Source: Eledone cirrhosa (Eukaryota). Taken from it: a DNA stretch of 64,000 nucleotides. Where the stretch lies: positions 101,370,001 through 101,434,000 of the forward strand of contig OZ024742.1 in the NCBI GenBank assembly GCA_964016885.1. The letters are read 5' to 3'. The notes below the pieces were generated by a model, which saw only the letters and a program-made list of their open reading frames with translations, was not told the origin of the DNA and searched no databases. Below, one piece after another: positions 60,043 through 64,000 of this stretch (its first letter is position 1; the number at the start of each line of letters is the position of its first letter). Made by a program: the position numbers and the translations under genes.

Positions 60043-60259
60043 ACATGGTTTGTACAGCCTTCACAAGCCACTCGTCTACTCCTAGTTTTCTCAGAACCCA
60101 CCAGATTATGGCACAGGGTATTCTGTTGAAAGCCTTTTCCAGATCAACAAATGCCAGGTAGAGCAGCTTTTAGTTAGGTGCTGTAACTGCTTCACCAGGA
60201 AGAGAGCATCTGTGGTGCTTTTGCCTCGTACAAATCCGAACTGCATCTCATCTAGATTC

Positions 60260-62312
60260 AAATTTATAGAAATTTAATGTAGCATGCAGTACATCAAGTG
60301 TTTTTAGTTTTTTAAGAATGCCTTTGATTGTTCCTTTTGTGATAACTTTTAATGAGAGGGCTGTAAAAGTGGATGTAACGCATATTAGGTCATGTCTATT
60401 TTTAGTACACTCTGATTTAAATGTGTTTCGGATATTATTGTGATTTGTTGTATCAAATTAGCAATTGCGCTGTGCACTGTTCACTGTTGATTTTTATCTC
60501 TCCACCTCAATTTGCATGGCTTCAAGACGTGACCCAAATTACTTTTGCTACATCTGTGGGGAATATGCATTCAAAGACTGTAGGAGAAACATCAAAACAC
60601 TCATACAAGCAAGATACAATGATCACTTCAAAATGAAACTTAGAGACCAAGATAAATGTTTTGCTCCATATATTGTATGCAAAGCCTGCAATCATCTACT
60701 TTCCTTGTGGTCCAATGGCAAGCTGGAGCAAATGCCATATGCCACTTCAATGGCATGGTGAAAGCAACCATTCTACAGAAAGCTATTTTTGCATTACTAA
60801 TGTTAAGGGGTTCAATAAGAAAACCACAAAGTATATCAAGTATCCTAATTTACCATCTGCTATAAGAACACAACCATATAAAGATGGAATTCCTCCTGTA
60901 CCAAGCAATCAACCATTGAGTGAATCAGATGATGATTCCGATGACGAAACTGGATGTGAAGACCAAATGGATGACAAGGATTTTGAAATTCCTCATTCAT
61001 GCCCTAAAGAACAACTGGGTTATTTTGATCGAAAAAAATTGGGACTTTCTAAGAATGATGCTTACCTGGCTGGAACAATGCCCAGAGAATTTTGTGTCTT
61101 AGCCAAAGGAAACAAAACAACAGCATACAGGAACCGAGAGAAGAAATTTGTTAAACTGGGTTTACAAGAACATTATTGGTTTCATGATGGTACTGGGAAT
61201 TTCCTCTGATGTCAAGATAGATAAGTGGTTATCCGTTGATGGCAGTATTTTCAGCTTAAAGACAGTCCTTTTGCATATTGGGAATGAGTACCCAGGGATT
61301 CCAATGGGTTATTCGAGGAAGGTAAAGGAGTCAGACAACAATATCAAGATGTTACTTTCCTTGATCAGGTATGATGATTTTAAGTAGAAAGCTGGAGGTG
61401 ATTTGAAGATCATAGGTTTTTTTTAACTGGAACACAAAAGGGCTACACAAAGTTTTGCTGCTTCTTGTGTCTGTGGGACAGCCAGATACGAAATGAGCAT
61501 TACAGTCGACAGGATTGGCCAGCACGTCATTAATGGAGATCAGAGAATAAAAACGTTCAATACGTACCACAATTTTCATCTGAGCTAATTGTGTTACCAC
61601 CACTACGTATTAAACTTGGAATCTTCAAAAATTTAAACCCTGTGGGGCAACCAATAAATTTGCTGAAAGATATATTCCCTCAATTAAATGAAGCAACGAT
61701 TAAAGGACCAGACATTCGCAAACTGATGAAGAATCAGATGTTCAGAGATTCATTGAATGGAGTTGAACGATGAGCTAATGAAGCTGTGTTAATGACAGTT
61801 GATATCTTTCTAGGAAAGAACCGAAGCTTGAATTACACGGCAATCATAGGTGACTTTCTGGATTCATCTGATACACTGGGTGTTAAAATGTTGTTGAAGT
61901 TTCACTTTTTAAAAAATCACGAGGACTTCTTTCCTTTGGACTTGGACACGATCAGCGATGGGCATGGTAAAAGATTTCATCAGGTGATCACTACTGTTGA
62001 AACAAGGTACCAAGGGCGAGCCGATCCCTACATGGTGGCATACTTTTGTTGACTTCACTCTTCTTGAACTCCACGCTACTGATCTTGACAGTGAAATCAA
62101 TGCTGTCATTTTTTTGTGTTAAGTTTTTTCTAAGTGGATATTATTACTTTAACAGTGATTAATTGTAGTCTAATATATTAATAAATTACATGCATTGTTC
62201 AGAAGGTTAGATGCTTTTTCTGTAAATGTAGGATATCCTGTAGATCAAAATGTAGACATGATGGAGCAAAACGGATATTCAGAAAGAAATTAACAATTGT
62301 CACACAAAGTAA
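60260..62312 (+). mobile_element. Degenerate Chapaev3-like (CMC) DNA transposon
   Basis: Fragmented ORFs with FCYICG, DQDKxFAPxIVCxxC, YFC, YPNLPSAI, SLKTVLLH, GYTKFCCFLCLWDS, LPPLxIKLG and SDGHGKRFHQ; family assignment is from motif memory. Confidence 0.72.
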
Positions 62313-62439
62313 TGTTTGCTAAAAAAAATGAGAGTCATGTAGAGTAATTAACATAAATAAATAAATTATTTTGCAGACTCACACATCAAATAAAGTTTTC
62401 ATTTGATTCATTAAAGCAGTAGAAAAAGAAGAAAAGGAG

Positions 62440-62580
62440 AGAGACACAAACATTCCACACACCACAAAGGGCGTTGGAGCCTCTCTTTAGCACATTTATG
62501 AGGCAAGCCAAGACACTCACAGCATTACCGTGATTGATAGCGTGGCTAAAGTGCTGGCACAACCAAGTGAAGCAAAGTTT
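62440..62580 (-). mobile_element. Short 3' remnant of a CRE-clade LINE
   Basis: FTWLCQHFSHAINHGNAV; homologous to 63150-63260. Confidence 0.65.
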
Positions 62581-63149
62581 TGGTTGGAAGAGGATGATAA
62601 ACATGACAAATACCAATAATTCTGGTTGAATTTATATCTTTACTTCACTTCAGCAAAAAAAAAAAAATATGATGACTTCGAATCGTAAATATAAAGTTTG
62701 ATTATAATATTCACAAATAAATATAGTGTTCAATAAGGCTTCTGGGTTGTGTGGGAGTCTCTTTGTTTACCATACAATGTTCTCTTTAAAAAGTGACAAG
62801 TTGTAGTCAGACAGTATGTAACAGCAGAGGTAGTTGTAAACTCTGTTATGGTGAGGTTGTGTTGCACAAGCGCAGTGGCAAGGAAGTGTTGTCTAGGAGA
62901 AGAGGCAGAAGACTGAGAGTTGTTGAGAGGGCCGGAATGTTTGGCTTAGTGCTACATCTTTCTACTTGCTAGAGCAACTCCGTGTGATGTCCCCTTTTTG
63001 AGAGACAAGAGCAGAATGTGTGTAGAAGCTAGTTAATCTCTGAAAAACTGCAAATGACTCCCTTCTCCAGACCAGGAGACGTCAGATTTTGAAACAAAAG
63101 AAAATGAGCAAAGTGTTGACCAGAGGTCAGCATATGTAGTCACAATGAC

Positions 63150-63900
63150 CTACACCACAGGGCATTGGAGCATCTCTCTAATACATTTTTGAGGCAAGCC
63201 CAAGACAGCATTACTGCGATTGATAGTGAGGCTAAGATGCTGGCACAACCAAGTATACTCACGAGCATCACTGGATACTTCGGTATGAAGAGCCACCAAC
63301 AATGACAAGAACATCGTTGTCAACGGCCCAGTTCTCTCATACGTCTCGAATGCCAGAGGCTAGAAAAATAGTTTGACAATAATTCACGATATTTTATTCG
63401 GTTCAGCTACGGCACCAGTGACCCACACCTTTACCACAACATCCAGGATGTGGGAAGAAGCAAAAGAGTCACTAGCTGTGGCATTCCCAGTGCCAGGTTT
63501 AGGACAAATGAGGCCCCTTACTTGGACCCTGAAGGAGGTAATTCATCGTAAAAAATGTTTATGGCAGGAAGATAGACTCTCCCCCCCACCAGGCCAATGA
63601 GACCCTGTGCTTAAGCACAATGGTAAATCCGGCACAGGGCATCCCAAATGAGACATCTACTTTTTACACAGGGACAAATGGTAAGACCATTTGATCTCTT
63701 TCAAACAACTCTGGACAATCCAACCAGCTCCAGAATTAGGTTTAGCTAAGAGAATGTTTTGCTTTTCGCAAAGGTCACTACAATAATATTGTTGAATAAA
63801 ATCGATGATATAACTCCTTGAGACGGAAAAAAAGTGAACTGCTTACAATAACAGGAACCTCGTTGTCAACAGTTTAACTCCCACAGACGTTTTGAACTCT
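63150..63900 (-). mobile_element. CRE-clade LINE restriction-like endonuclease remnant, interrupted by a MITE
   Basis: KRSNGLTICP..RCLIWDA|TASDSFASSH..KYREL..PLAFET..DAREYTWLCQHLSLTINRSNA. Confidence 0.75.
63488..63637. mobile_element. 150-bp hAT-type MITE
   Basis: TIRs cagtgccaggttta / taaatccggcacag; 8-bp TSD ggcattcc / ggcatccc. Confidence 0.85.
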
Positions 63901-64000
63901 ACTGACTGGAAAAATAGTTTGCCGATAATTCTTGGTATTTTTTTTATTTTACACTACGTTGCAAATGGGTTTCCCCGAGAACTTACAGCTACAACGTGGT

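Larger units (their letters stand above)
52796..60260 (-). mobile_element. 5'-truncated RTE LINE split by a Gypsy insertion (segments 52796-53971 and 60041-60260)
   Basis: (cat)n tail at 52796. The RT reads ...EMQFGF..KAFNR..WLVKAVQTMY right of the Gypsy element and SPLLFII..YVDN left of it. Confidence 0.92.

Overview
AT-rich eukaryotic (animal) genomic DNA. The SINE and RTE repeat families resemble those I recall from octopus/cephalopod genomes (inference, no database check). Two spliced genes were reconstructed by hand from GT-AG boundaries and reading-frame continuity. One is a typical 2-Cys peroxiredoxin on + (5 coding exons, 10820-22734, 193 aa). The other is PEX3 (peroxin-3) on - (13 coding exons, 52366-28040, 380 aa); the two are tail-to-tail, about 5.3 kb apart. 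The rest is mostly decayed transposable elements: several RTE-clade LINE families, CRE-clade LINE remnants, tRNA-derived SINEs, piggyBac-, Tc2- and hAT-type MITEs, a maT-like Tc1/mariner, and a Chapaev3-like transposon. Upstream of PEX3 is a nested stack (RTE LINE > CsRn1-clade Gypsy > Merlin > SINE). Most notable: a perfect 80-bp fold-back palindrome inside a LINE, a 28-bp minisatellite apparently born from a LINE UTR, an RTE module found at either end of different RTE families, a PHD finger inside the RTE ORF, and candidate alternative exons that would remove the peroxiredoxin resolving cysteine. I found no convincing new multi-gene system; the functional ideas below are hypotheses.
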